DNA of 64,000 nt from Eledone cirrhosa (Eukaryota), in contig OZ024746.1 in the NCBI GenBank assembly GCA_964016885.1, positions 69,254,001 through 69,318,000 on the forward strand, read 5' to 3'. Made by a program: the position numbers and the translations under genes. This document shows, piece by piece, positions 36,130 through 48,500 of this stretch; the stretch's first letter is position 1; each line of letters starts with the position of its first letter. The notes below the pieces were generated by a model. That model worked only from the letters and a program-made list of their open reading frames with translations. It did no database searches and was not told where the DNA came from.

Positions 36130-37262
36130 CCAACTGTGTCCATCTGTTGCAAAAGCTCCTCAAACAAAGCAAGTGCAAGGTTTTTCTTGTGGTGATTAGC
36201 TGCAGAGCAGCATCAATGGATCTAGTTCAAGAGACAGTCAGTAGATCTAATCTAATACATGGAGGCCATTGTGTGGTGATTATTGTCTTGCTAAACTGGA
36301 ACAACAGTAGAACCCAGCAGCTGTTATAGTGACTGACTAGACCTTGGCATGGGTTGCACCAGTTGCACAGGCTGCTCACATAGAAAAGGTGGTCTAAAAA
36401 TATTTGCTTGTTCTAAACCTATGCTGACCTATGTTGTACTATGCTGACCTATACTGACCTATGCTGACCTATGCAATGTCAATAGGTATGGCTCAAATGA
36501 TACTCAGTAGTCCTAACATAGCACATGGAGGCCGTAATATGATGGAAAACCAGAATGGATTACATGACAGAAACTAATAATTGTTTCTACTTTTGGCACA
36601 AGGCCAGCAATTATCCCAGTGTATTACTGGTACTTTATTTCCTCGACCCTGTAAGGATGAAAGGCAAAGTTAACCTCGGCGAGATTTGAACTCAGACGAT
36701 AAAGGGCCGTAACTCTTTGCTGCAAAGCATGGCGTCCAACTAATAATAATGTGTCATGGTAGAAGAGGGTGAGTAATATGTACCAGTGGGAAGTGAGAGT
36801 AATAAATGCCAGCTAGGCATCCCATGAGAAGGGATGGGGGTGGTGGGTTTAGAAGTAGAGAATGGTGATAATGGATGGATACCATCATACATATATTATA
36901 TATACTTGTCAGGTTGCTCTTGAGAGCTACTAGTAACATATAACCCAACTGTGTGCATCTGTTACAGCACAATCGTAGAAATACCTTAAACAAAGCAAAT
37001 GCAAGTTTTTCTTCTTGCAGTGACTAGCTGCAGGGCAACGTCAATGGGTTTGGTTCAAGCGACAGTCAGTAGCCCTAATTTGGCATATAGAGGTCATAGT
37101 GTGTTGGTCATTGCCTTACTAAACAGAAGCAACAGTAGAACCCAATAGTTGTTATAGTAACTGATTGGCCCTAGGTAGAGGTTGCACAAATTGCCACCAT
37201 GGAGGACAGACATAGAAAAGAAGTTGGTTTAAAAACAATTGCTTGTTCCAAATCTATGCTGA
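36130..37262 (+). repeat. Old ~300-bp direct duplication upstream of decayed LINE
   Basis: 36130-36425 resembles 36947-37262 (gacagtcagtag..caacagtagaaccca..gttatagt). Confidence 0.75.
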
Positions 37263-37653
37263 TCAGTTGGTTGAAGTTAGCCCAATTTTTGAAGTCAAAA
37301 CAATTACTTTTCTACTGTTTAAATTGCTACATGAAATATTCGCATATTACTGGACCAAAACAGACTAGCAGGCTTGAGTATTATACTGCTATGGTAGCAC
37401 TTGAGCTCAAATGATACAATATCGATATTGCTGGCCTACAGGAAACTTGTATATCTGGCAAAGGACAAATCACAGAAGCTTCAGCCAGCTGCATTGCTTA
37501 GGAAAGGCTCTCCAGAAAACTAACCCTGCATTCATGGTGTAGGGATCATGATGAAGATATTTCTTGTCAAGTGTCTTAAGTGTCAAGGGTCATTTAGAAA
37601 GTCTAATGTGTTGCTGAATCAAGTTGAGGAACGGAAAATGCTTGACTGATATT

Positions 37654-38124
37654 CAGGGCCTGACTTCCACCTGCTGAAATTCTAAGCTATATGAAATTTG
37701 AGGCTATTCTCTAAAAAAATGGGTAAAAAGATTCAAAATAATTATACATGATTATCATCTTTTAAATTAATCATCCTCATCATTTAATATCCATCTTCCA
37801 TGCTAGCATGGGTTAGACGGTTTTGTCCTACTTGAGGCGAGATTGGTTGGGATACCATGTCTTGCTCATACAGAACTGTTTCTGGCAGGTTTTCTATGGC
37901 TGGATGCCCTTCCTAACACCAACCACATTTACAGTGTGGATTGGGGGCCTTTTTACCATGTTAATGATAAAGAATAAATAATATATCTATATAATTTCCG
38001 ATCATTTAATGTTAAAGAATAAAAACTAATGATAAAATAAAAATATATTTTTTTAAAATGGGGACCCCAAGAATGTGTGACCCTAAGCTATAGCTTATTT
38101 AGCTTATAGGTAAGTCCAGCACTG
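37654..38124. mobile_element. hAT-type MITE nested in LINE
   Basis: Imperfect TIRs cagggcctgactt / aagtccagcactg, with degenerate 8-bp flanks ctgatatt / ccagtatt. Confidence 0.45.
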
Positions 38125-39331
38125 CCAGTATTTCTAGCTATGTGGATACTCTTAACAGTTCTGAAGAAACCAAAGATACACGTTTTATGCAGATTTGCAG
38201 CAAGTTGTTGATAACATTCCTACTCAGAACAATCTCATGATACCTGGTGATCAAAATGTCAGAGTGGATAGAGACGACAGGAGAGAAAGGTGTTATTCAT
38301 GGCAATTATATTGGAGATCATAACTCTAGTGAACTGCATTTTCTGCAGTTTTCTGTCACAAATTCACTGGTTATAACTAACACTGTCTACTGACAGAAGA
38401 CTATGTACAAGGTCTCCTGGTGCATTCTCATTCTCGTTACTGGCAATTTATTGACTAGGCAGCAAGACTTGAACCAATTCATGATCATGAGAGCCATATG
38501 GAGAGCTGACTGTGATACAAATTATGATATGATAAGAACCAAAGCCTGGATTTATTTTGAAAGATCTCACCGAAAATCAGCAAACAGTCAGTGATGCTTC
38601 GACATTGTCAAACTGACAGAAGTCAAAATTGTAGCTGAGTACAGGAATAAACTAACAAATGCTTTATCTGAAAATTCCACTGAGGTGATCCACAGTCTTG
38701 CTGATTTGCTGATGTAAATCAGCAACAGAATCATATGAAAATCTCCTTACTGCAAGCAGCATCAGAGACATTGGGATACAAAGAGAAGAAAAATCAGGAT
38801 TGGTTCAAGTACCATAAATAGAAAATAAGAAATGTGGTGTGAGAAAAGATCACAGCTTTTCATGCTTGGCTTAGTAAAAAGGTCGAACATCATTTATGAA
38901 GTTGATATATTAAGTTGAAGGTTGATGTTCACTGGATCATTAAATAATTGAAAGAAAAATAGTGGGAGGAGAACATTTCTGAAATAAAGCTCTATACTGA
39001 CAGAGGTCACACTAGAAGCTTTTTCTCTCATGTGTATATATGGGTCTAGTATGATGATGCACTGTTGCATCATCCATTAAGGAGAGAGAAGGCAACTTGA
39101 TTTGAAGTGCTGTAAGAATCAAACACTGCTGAAAAGAATATATTGGTGAACTGTATCAGAAGCCCCTGAAGTGGGATCCAAAATCATTAATGTAAGACGA
39201 TTTGATGAGTACATGACATCTGTTTACTACTGATATTGAGGTTGGTAACAGCTCAACAGCAGCTTATAAACCATTGTTCAGTGGGCCCTGATAGTATTCT
39301 GAGTAAACTGCTGAAGCTAGAAGGATTGAAG

Positions 39332-39556
39332 TTAACCCTTTAGCATTTATATTACTTTATATATACTATATTATTTTCACAGTAAAGGCTTTACCACACA
39401 TAATTATCTCACATAATATCAAATCTATGAGATGTTGATATTATTTATTTTGAGAACAACACCTTAACATCAATATGAGTGGCCAGTTATGGCAAGTTTG
39501 AATAGAAAGAGATGAGGGAATTCTGGCTGGATACAACTGGTTTAAATGCTAAGATA
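39332..39556. mobile_element. piggyBac-like MITE, inverted copy
   Basis: ttaaccctttagcattt...tttaaatgctaa, with internal sequence that is the reverse complement of 21108-21307. Confidence 0.75.
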
Positions 39557-42500
39557 TAAAAATTGTCACAAAATTTCAAAATACTGATATTGTCCTCCTC
39601 CACAAGAAAGGGGGATAAATCATTGTGTGATAACTACAAGGGAATCTCACACTTATCAACAAGTGTCAACATACTATCCTAAAACATCCTGATATGACTT
39701 ACTAAATTATGCAGAAGTCTTTGAATACACCAAAATCATTAGCATGGGAGTTATCTGAGCCAAATTAAAGTTGGCATGGGTCAGAATGGACTTTTTGGAG
39801 TAGTGTTTTGTGCTTGGATATCTTCCCTGATACTGGCCCTGTTAGTAGATTTTTTTAATGGAATATGACAGGGATATGACTCACACAGATATCTCTATTA
39901 GATAAAATGATTTGAATGAGTGATTGTTATTATTGTTATTAATATTGTTGTTTAGTCCTAGGTCAGACCTGATGGAGTTGACAATGACCGAAAGTGTTCT
40001 ATCTCTGACTATCACATCTTTTAGTATATCCTTAACTACAATTTCCAATGTATCTTGCTATTTAAAAAAATGTGGTAATGTGTGTTCTGAAAGATATTTA
40101 GCTACTATTTTTAGCAGGTTTAACAACAGTATGGAGGTACATACATTTTGTCGTTAGCTAGACCTTATGGTAACTGCTACATGTGCTAGGTTATTAGCTC
40201 TAGTGGTAAAAATTATCACACTTATGTTTCATTTTTGATATTGCAAAATTAGTATAATCAAAGAGAGTAGTTGGTGTGAAGCCTATTGATTAATGGAAAT
40301 AGATCTAAGAGTAATCTGAAAGCAGGATTAACTGGTGCTACAACCACTTAGCAATAAATATATAAACATAAAACATAGCCAAGTAGAAAATGTAATGAAA
40401 TAATTACATTTAATTAATACATCAAAGGAATGTTTTTTTTATCTCCTAGCTTAGCTTATTTGTATTTTTTATTGAGTTAAGTTAAACAATTCTTTAAAGT
40501 CATTAGTATTTCATAGATTATTTCTTGTAGTTGTTGTTTCTCAATCGTTTGCTTTGTACTTAAACTTACACACGTCATTAATTCATATATGTATTTATTT
40601 TAGTAGAAAGACGTATAAACCATCTGTTTCTCCATTAACAAAATGAAGTGATAGCTATGTCATAACTTTTACAATATTGCTGTGAGTGGTTGGCCGTTTT
40701 TTTTTTCCTGTGAGACAAATAGATTGCAAATATTAAATAAAGATTAATCATTCTCTAATGTATAAAGGTCAGGCTTAAATTATACAATAGATCTCAGTGA
40801 GTTTGTTTTCTGATTATGCAATTCTCTGAGAGATTGCACCTAAGTTGCAAAGTGCATTTTGAGATTTTTAAAGGTAAAATGATTTATTTAATGTAAATGA
40901 TAGTGAACAACACACTCCATAAAATTAGAAGTTTATTGACCCGATAATGGTATTAAATATGGTAAAGAGAAAAATTGTTTTTAAAATGACAACGTGAATT
41001 CTTATATAGATTTTTCTTATTTGTACAGCTATATTGTAAAATGAAAGTTAATTTATCTTTAGAAAGTCTCATCCATCCACTTTTGCATCAACAGTTGTGT
41101 TAAGCAAGGAGATATATTTGTTTGAATGTTATTTGGATTTTGTTCTTTTTTTTTTGTGTAGAAATGCTTTCATATGCAATCTCTGGAGATGGGAAAAAAG
41201 AAATAGAATCGCATGTGGGAATCAAACCTCGAATCTGCTCTATGTTGGAAAGCTGTATTAACCGCTGCACGATAACGGTCCAGCCACCTCTATCCACCAA
41301 TTTAAAGCCGTTATTTTATCAGCTAGAATGTAAACAAGGAAACGTTTAACGAACCGTGTAGTACAGATTGGAATATCAATGTATGTCTTGCTTTTATGCA
41401 AAGCTACAACATCGCATAATTTTAACTATAAAATATTTGAAAATAAATCAGAGTTAATCTTTGCAGTTTGATTACATCGACAATGTACGTATGTATGTAC
41501 CCGTAATTTATGGTAGAGTCGTAGGGGCACCATACTATCATACAGCGTTTCTTAGGCATTTAAAAAAACCTGGCGGAGTCCATCTCCTCTCCAGGTCTGA
41601 ACATAGTCTATTTCTTCCTGAGAAGAGATAGAGAAAGAATCGACCACAGTACTAGACCGATACCTTTTTTTATTGACATCGAAAAGATGAAAGGCAAAGT
41701 TGACCATGGCGAGATTTAAACTTAGTGTGCAGACAGCCAAAACGAACACAGCAAAGCATATATACAGTCGTTCTAACGACTCTTCCAATTCGCTGCCTAC
41801 ATCGACAATACTAGTAATCTAAAAGTATTCTAGAAAATATATGAAGTTTAGTAATTATCAACTACTAGACGTCTGTAACGAAACAAAGCCAATGTATTCA
41901 AAAGCTGAAACATAATTTCAATATACTATCGAGATGCTTGAAACAGAATCTATTTGAAAATTGGCTCCTTGTTTAGAACAAAGTCGTTCATTCTTGCCTC
42001 TTGATATTTAAAATATGAGGTGTTTTCGTCAAACATGCAGACAGTGATACAATAGCATCCAGGGAAACGATATTAAAACGAAGCCTAACAAATCGTGAGA
42101 GACATTGAAACAGCTTCCAACTAACCTGTGATTAAAATGACAGAAAGGAAGAAAAAAGGAAGCCAAATGAAATAAAAGCAAACTGCTTTGAATAAACAAA
42201 GATATTAAATATCCAGTGTGGAGATATGGTATGTCGGATCGCGAAATAAAATGACGTAAAATGCTTTATAAACTTGTATAGAAGTTTGAAGATAGTAAAA
42301 CAATTTTTGTTGATGTTATAAACGAGTTCTTTTCTTCTTTATTTCTTGTCAAAATTCTTCTAGAGATAGGGGTGGGGCAAAATGATGACATTTTATTTTC
42401 CAAAGAAACAAACGAAAAGGTACAATTTGAAAATGTATTCTTGCTTGTTATTGTTGCTGCTGTTATTGTTATTGTTGTTGTTTAGTCTCAAGTCAAGTTA

Positions 42501-42661
42501 GATTGAGTAAGTTTATGATCAAAGACGTTCCAGTCTCGAACATTCGAATATGTATCTCTTCTGAGATAGTGTATCTCTAATGCGTATTTCATTTTGTCAG
42601 TAGTGTATGGTTTCAAAGAGATTTGGTTGCTATTTCAAGCAGACCGAGTGACCATGTAGAG

Positions 42662-43707
42662 CAGCGATCTCAAACATGTGGCCAGCAAACTACCTTTCTA
42701 TGAACCACAGCAGAATAATTTTCGTAACTAATGTTTCTAAAACTTGGTAATTTGTCTTTCGCCTCTTCCATACTCTTGCAGCAATAGTATCAGTAGTATT
42801 AAGCAGCCTATCAGCTAGATAGCAGCCTATCAGCTGTTTTGCAGCTTAGCCTTACCCCACAGTGGTGCCTGGCTCCACACCTTGCCCTCCTTCTCCACTG
42901 GAACCCAGCTGGATCACGATAGCCTGCGCATCTGCGTTTCCTTGAGGCTTGGCCTCCGGATCTGCGAGCCACACCAATGTCGCTGTGGATCCACCGTGGA
43001 TTCTTTCAGCTTCCACCCGCTTTCCTGTCGCCACAGTGCCGGCCGCCTTCCACGCCATGCTGCTCTCAACGAGGTCATAAAGCATGGCTTGGACGCTGCA
43101 GGCTTCCCTTCCCAGCTCGATCCGGTGGGGCTGGACCGAGGGGACGGCAAAAGGCCAGATGGCATGACCACCATCTCGTTCCGCGGTGGCAAACTCCTCG
43201 TCTGGGATGCCACTTGCACCGACACTTTCTCCAGCCGCAACCTGGTGCAGTCTGCGACTAACCCAGGTTCTGCTGCACGTCGGGCTGAGGAGGCCAAACT
43301 CTTCAAATACAGGTCGCTCTCCGACAGGTTTGCGGTTGAACCCTTGGCAGTGGAGACTTCTGGTGTCGTCGGCCCTAGGGCTACCTCCCTACTCACCACC
43401 ATAGGCACTGAGCTGGCCGGCCGCAGGTGTGAGCCTCGCAAGTTAGAACGGCTTTTCCAGCGCGCCTCCCTTGCCGTCCTCCGGTGAAACGCCTTCTCCA
43501 TTCTGTCCGCCGGGGCTGAGGGGAGGCCACCAATATGATTGACTGACTTGTCATTTTATCAGTCAGATGTTCTAATGATTCTCCTTCCTGTTGTTTTTCT
43601 ACACTGGTGGGTATCACGGGCCCCACCCCGTAATCTCACTTTTTTTCCACTGCGCCTCTTCCCCAGGGCGTAATGGCCCTTTTGAGTCATTGAATTTGAG
43701 ACCCCTG
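42662..43707. mobile_element. hAT (Charlie-like) MITE containing a CRE-like retrotransposon fragment
   Basis: TIRs cagcgatctcaaa / tttgagacccctg, with 8-bp TSD atgtagag / acgtagag. Confidence 0.7.
42850..43530 (+). mobile_element. CRE-clade non-LTR retrotransposon 3' end (Zn knuckle + restriction-like endonuclease)
   Basis: SGAWL..LRLG..CRCG..HPLSC..RH..N..DGKRPDG..WDATC.D..AEEAK..KY..PLAVET.G. Visibly GC-rich against its flanks. A related fragment lies at 54368-54490. Confidence 0.85.
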
Positions 43708-44669
43708 ACGTAGAGATTCACTTTTTGATTCAATTGATTCCTGGTTGGTTAATACATTTGATATTCCTTTTCCCATTGTCTGTCTCATATTTTGAGAGAA
43801 TTAATAATATAAAGTTGTTTATATCATTGTTGTTTATAATGAAAAGCTTTCCAATTAGGGACCTTCAATTTTTTGGAGTGTAATTAAAAGAAGATTTAGT
43901 TGTTAATTCTAGCAAGTCGAGTGACCATCTTGATGGTCCTCCGTTGACTTGAATCAAGGTATATTTTCACCCAATATAAAAAAAAACTAATCCTTTATTC
44001 AATCATAAGATAAGGAGGAAGAATCGACTCAGTATTTGACCGGTACTTTATTTATCGACCCCCCGAGAACCAGAACAAACACGGAAGCATTTAATCCAAC
44101 GTTCTAACGACTCTGCCTATTTGCTGCCTTTCTTATGACTAGACACAAGACAAATCGTTGTTTAAGAGTTGTATGGCTTGTTATATTGATTTCTCACATT
44201 GGTAAAGGTCACACGTTGTATAAGCCATATAAGTAGGCAGATGGTATGAAAGGCCAGCTGTATTCTAGCAGTTTCTAAACCCTAGGCGTAGAAGGAAATA
44301 ATATCAAGTTATTTCATGTCAACTAGAGATATGTGGTCGCTTGACCTGCTTACCAAATGTCTTTCATATCACATTTTACCATACCATAAGACAACATGGA
44401 AAGTGACACTGGAAATCTAGTTTTAGATGCATTTCACTTGAAAAAGAAAAAGAAGGCTGGATAATCACTATTGGAAGGCCTTTGATCATGAGTGTGCTTG
44501 TTAGGGATCATCTGGGGATAAATATAATAACAACGGTAAATAATTTTGTCTGGCATCCTGCCATTTGTACCTCTCGATTAATGCTCAAGAAGTAAGCTAA
44601 GCTTCTAACAAGTCGAAACTGAACACAGTTTCAATCTCTGAGTGAAATCAGATGACTTCACTTTTCAGT

Positions 44670-45680
44670 TAAGGGCGTAGCCAGCTTTTATAGTTAGGGG
44701 AGCGAGCAGATAAAAACGGTGCCATGACACATACCAAATAATTTAAAACTCGTTATACGTTTTTATTTTGTGTTTAAAATCATAACACAAGATGAAAGTT
44801 TTAAAGGAAGTATATGATTTATTTAAAATCAAAACAACAAAAAAGTTTTACAGTAAGCCCATAAATCTCAAAATATAAAAAAAACACGTGTGTTATTTAA
44901 TTACTTTTTAAAATGTAAAATGAAAACAAAATGAAGTAGTAACGTGAAAATGCATGGAAGAGCTACAGTTTTTTCATCTAGGGTTCATTCTAGCAAAGTT
45001 ATCTATTACTTGATTATTATACATCTTAATAACCAGACTCTCTTTCAATGGAGAACAAAAGTAGCTCAGACAATTTATCTTTGCCTAGTGTAGAATAAAG
45101 GTAGACTTTATGCTTCAGCTGACTAAAAAAATAGTTCTGCAACTGTGCTAGTTATTGGTAAAGTGAAATAAAATGTGGTACAATGTGAACAGGTTAATAC
45201 AAATGGAACACATGCCATTGTCATCATGAATTTAAGTACATTGTTGATGTTCGGTCTCTCGACACTTGAACTTGCCTTAATACTAGAGCTGATTATTTCT
45301 TTGTGTATGTCTTTGAATAAAAGAAACTCTTGTACGATTTCAGTTTGACTATCGATAATGTCTGAGTACGTGTCTGTTAAAAATTCTAATTTGTTCACAT
45401 TATCTGCACTGTCAAAATTCTATGGATCTAGAGCACTAAATTTGGAAGCCATATTTTTAAAATGTTCAAATCTTTTACCTGTGTTATTTATAATAGAATC
45501 TAAGGACATTAAGTAGGATACAACCATGAGTTTCTTCTGAGTATCAAATACTCCTTCTCATCCTCTGCAATTTCATTATGTAATCTTTTTCTTTTACTTT
45601 CTCTCTGCTGTTCGTATTTCGCATTAATATCACATTTTCAAACCAATTCAGTTGCTTTATTTTAAATTTGTTTGGATTAT
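44670..45680 (-). mobile_element. hAT (Tip100/ZMYM-like) transposase C-terminal remnant
   Basis: FTLPITSTVAELFFSQLK..YSTLGKDKLSELL..SIERE resembles the hAT dimerisation domain. A TIR-like agggcgtagccag lies at ~44672. Confidence 0.65.
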
Positions 45681-46627
45681 GATTCATACTTATTTCTTGT
45701 GAAATTAACATGTAAGTGGCTCAGTATTTCATAGGCACGTGTATCCCCTTAAACGCAATCCTAAGGTCGAATCAGCGTAACGCAATGCAATAAGGTTAAA
45801 CCTTTGAAATAGAGGTAGAATCAGCGAGAAAGAACTGACACCAGTTTTTGACTGGTATTAATAACTCCCGAAGCATTCTTTCGGATATCTAACTTTCCAG
45901 CTCATTCGCCGCATTGTATACAAAATTCGTTTCGGTTTCGGTTAGAAATTGTTTTTCCTTATTTTTTATTTTTTTATTGTGTTTTGAACGAATCTGAAAT
46001 TATTCGTTTTTTAGAGTTGGGGTAGCACTCGGTGTCTGCTTAACCTTAACTCTAATTTTAACTAACCCCAATCCTAACCCTAACTAACTCTACACCAGAC
46101 AGGTATCATTGGCTCGTTTATTCAATTTGAAATGACTTCCATTTTTAATTATATGAGTATCAGTATGGTTTCGTGTCAAATAAGGAGATTTGAATTTTTT
46201 TATGATTTAAAAATATTCTTCCCCATCCGATATCTGAAAAACAAGTAATTTCAGATGGGTTTGGAGATCAGATGCATTGAAAACATTAAACAAAATTTAA
46301 AAAAAGAGAAAAAAGAAGTCCTACCCATACCCGAGATGGGTGTTTTTGTAAAGATCTACCCAAAATTGATACATACACAAATCACTATATACTCATTTCT
46401 AGATGTAATCTTTTTTTTATTAAAAAAATATTCCATTCATATTTCCTATAAGAAAATATATTTTAACTTTGTCTGACACAATTCTTATGGTCGATAAATA
46501 GGAAAACCATTGTAAACGTTAAATAATTCATAAAACACAGTAAGTAACGGTGATCTGAGTCAGCAAAATACATTCGCTTAACTTTTCTCCATTGTTAGAG
46601 AAAGGGACGCTGTGAATGGCCTCCAAC

Positions 46628-46677
<50 letters not shown>

Positions 46678-46809
46678 TGTGTCTCTTTGTAGGAGGGGGG
46701 GGGGGGGCAAAATTGACGTCTGCGAGAGTAAGAGAGCCGGAATAAATATATCATTGTAACATTGACGTAAAGTCAGTAATTTGGTGGAGGGGGTAAGTCG
46801 ATTATATCG

Positions 46810-47168
46810 ACTCCAGTACATAACTGGTACTTTACTTTATCAACCCCCAGAACTTAACTGGTACTTTACTTTATCAATCCCAATACATAACTGGTACTTT
46901 ACTTTATCAACCCCAGTACCTAACTGGTACTTTACTTTATCGACACAGTAGTTAACTGGTACTTTAAGGACCCCAGTACATAACTGGTACTTTACTTTAT
47001 CGACCCCAGTACATAACTGGTACTTTACTTTATCGACCCTAGTACATAACTGGTATTTTACTTTAAGGACCCCAGTACTTAACTGGTACTTTACTTTATC
47101 TACCCCAGTACATAACTGGTACTTTACTTTATCGATTCTAGTACATAACTGGTACTTTACTTTATCAG
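46810..47168. repeat. ~33-bp minisatellite, ~11 copies, amplified from SINE tail
   Basis: Unit ccccagtacataactggtactttactttatcga, contiguous with the SINE at 47140-47287. Confidence 0.92.
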
Positions 47169-47729
47169 CCCTGAAAGGTTGAAAGGCATTGCTGACCTCA
47201 ATATGATTTGAACTCAGAACGTAGTCGTAACTAAATACCGCAAAGCATTTTGTCCGACGTTCTACCGACATGCCAATCCACTACCTTAGATCAGCAACAA
47301 ATATCGCAAGGCATTCTATCCAACACTGGGGCTAATTCGAACATCTATTATAGATGAAAACTTGTTTTGAATCCAAATAGAAAATGAACGAATAAATAAA
47401 TAAACACATTACTTTGTTTTGGAACAACCATAGATTATCTCTGTTGATATATTTTTTTGAGAATAGAATTCATGAGAGCATTTCTTGCAGCTTAATATAT
47501 TTTCAATACTGGAATTTATATCGATTTAATGTCAACCGGGGAAAAAAACCCAAACAATTTCTAACTTTTTTAGACATGTTTTTCGGGACCTGAAATTATG
47601 GCTGCTGATAGGAACAACAAAAGGGTAATCTTATGGGAGATTTCAACTACAATGTCGACTCTATCGAATTAGTCTTTCCTTATTATGGTAGCGTCCTAAG
47701 TAGCGTTATTCTTCTTTCAGTAATAATTG

Positions 47730-47767
<38 letters not shown>

Positions 47768-47820
47768 TAATAAAAACAATGAAATAAAAACAAAGAACAA
47801 GTTCCTTATATTAAAAAAAT

Positions 47821-47956
47821 TCATCATTTTACGATCGTTTCTAGGATGTATATGTGTGTTGGTATGTATATCATATAGATCTATGTAAAAATGTTACAAA
47901 TTATCAGAGGGAATATACATACCTTCACATATACATGCTGTCTTCAGAAATGATGA
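47821..47956 (-). ncRNA. Type I hammerhead ribozyme with 99-nt stem II (family D), 3' of Naiad ORF
   Basis: Minus strand: TCATCATTT-CTGAAGA-[cagcATGTATATGTGaaGGTATGTATAT...ATATACATACCaacaCACATATACATccta]-GAAA-CGATCG-TA-AAATGATGA. Stem I is a perfect 9 bp. Confidence 0.85.
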
Positions 47957-48161
47957 GATTTGTTTATAGAAAAAAAAACAATTTGAATTGACCAATAGAA
48001 AAGTAGTTAGAGGTCAAGTTGATAGAATAGTGGTAGTAGAAATTTAATTTAGGGGTAGAGGAGTGCAGACTTATGTTTTGAATGAAAAGAATACTTTGAA
48101 TGAAAAGAATACTTTGGGGATGAAAAGAGGTCAAGACAGTGAAGAGTACACGAAAATTTGA

Positions 48162-48500
48162 TGTTATTAAAGAATAATGTTAAAAATGAAGGAAAATAAA
48201 ATTTTAGGGTAAGGGTATTAGTGAGAAATACCAATCTTATTTAAACCATAAGGACTCTAGATCTATAACAAGAAATTAAATTAATTGATAGGTATACTTA
48301 TAAGGATAAATTTATATCAATTCATATGAATGTGATAAATAAGAATTAGATGTTATTAAAGAGTGTTGTTGTTAATAACGAAGGAAAGTAAAATTATGGG
48401 ATAAGGGTAGTAGTGAGAAATACCAATCTTATATAAATTAAAAGGAATCTAGATTCATAACAGGAAATTAAATTAATTTATAGGTATACTTTTAGGTATT
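48162..48500. repeat. Diverged ~190-bp tandem duplication in the PLE 3' region
   Basis: gttattaaag..gaaggaaa..tagtgagaaataccaatcttat..gaaattaaattaatt..ataggtatactt occurs at ~48163 and ~48352. Confidence 0.7.

Larger units (their letters stand above)
37300..39720 (+). mobile_element. Highly decayed RTE/BovB-like LINE (APE to RT start) with nested MITEs
   Basis: TAMVALELK*YNIDIAGLQET, ADCDTNY, GPDSILSKLLK and LHKKGDKSLCDNYKGIS. Confidence 0.7.

Noticed and set aside
41208-41282. tRNA gene on minus strand
   Set aside because: A/B-box-like motifs are present but no cloverleaf can be paired, so it is probably a decayed SINE head. The same applies to the other SINE heads.
46040-46090. Telomeric TAACCC repeats
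   Set aside because: Only a few degenerate units, also seen at ~4195-4215; more likely internal to DNA transposon remnants.
46840-47271. ORF with DKVKYQLCTGV repeats; repeat-spacer-like array
   Set aside because: 33-bp tandem of SINE tail with no spacers.
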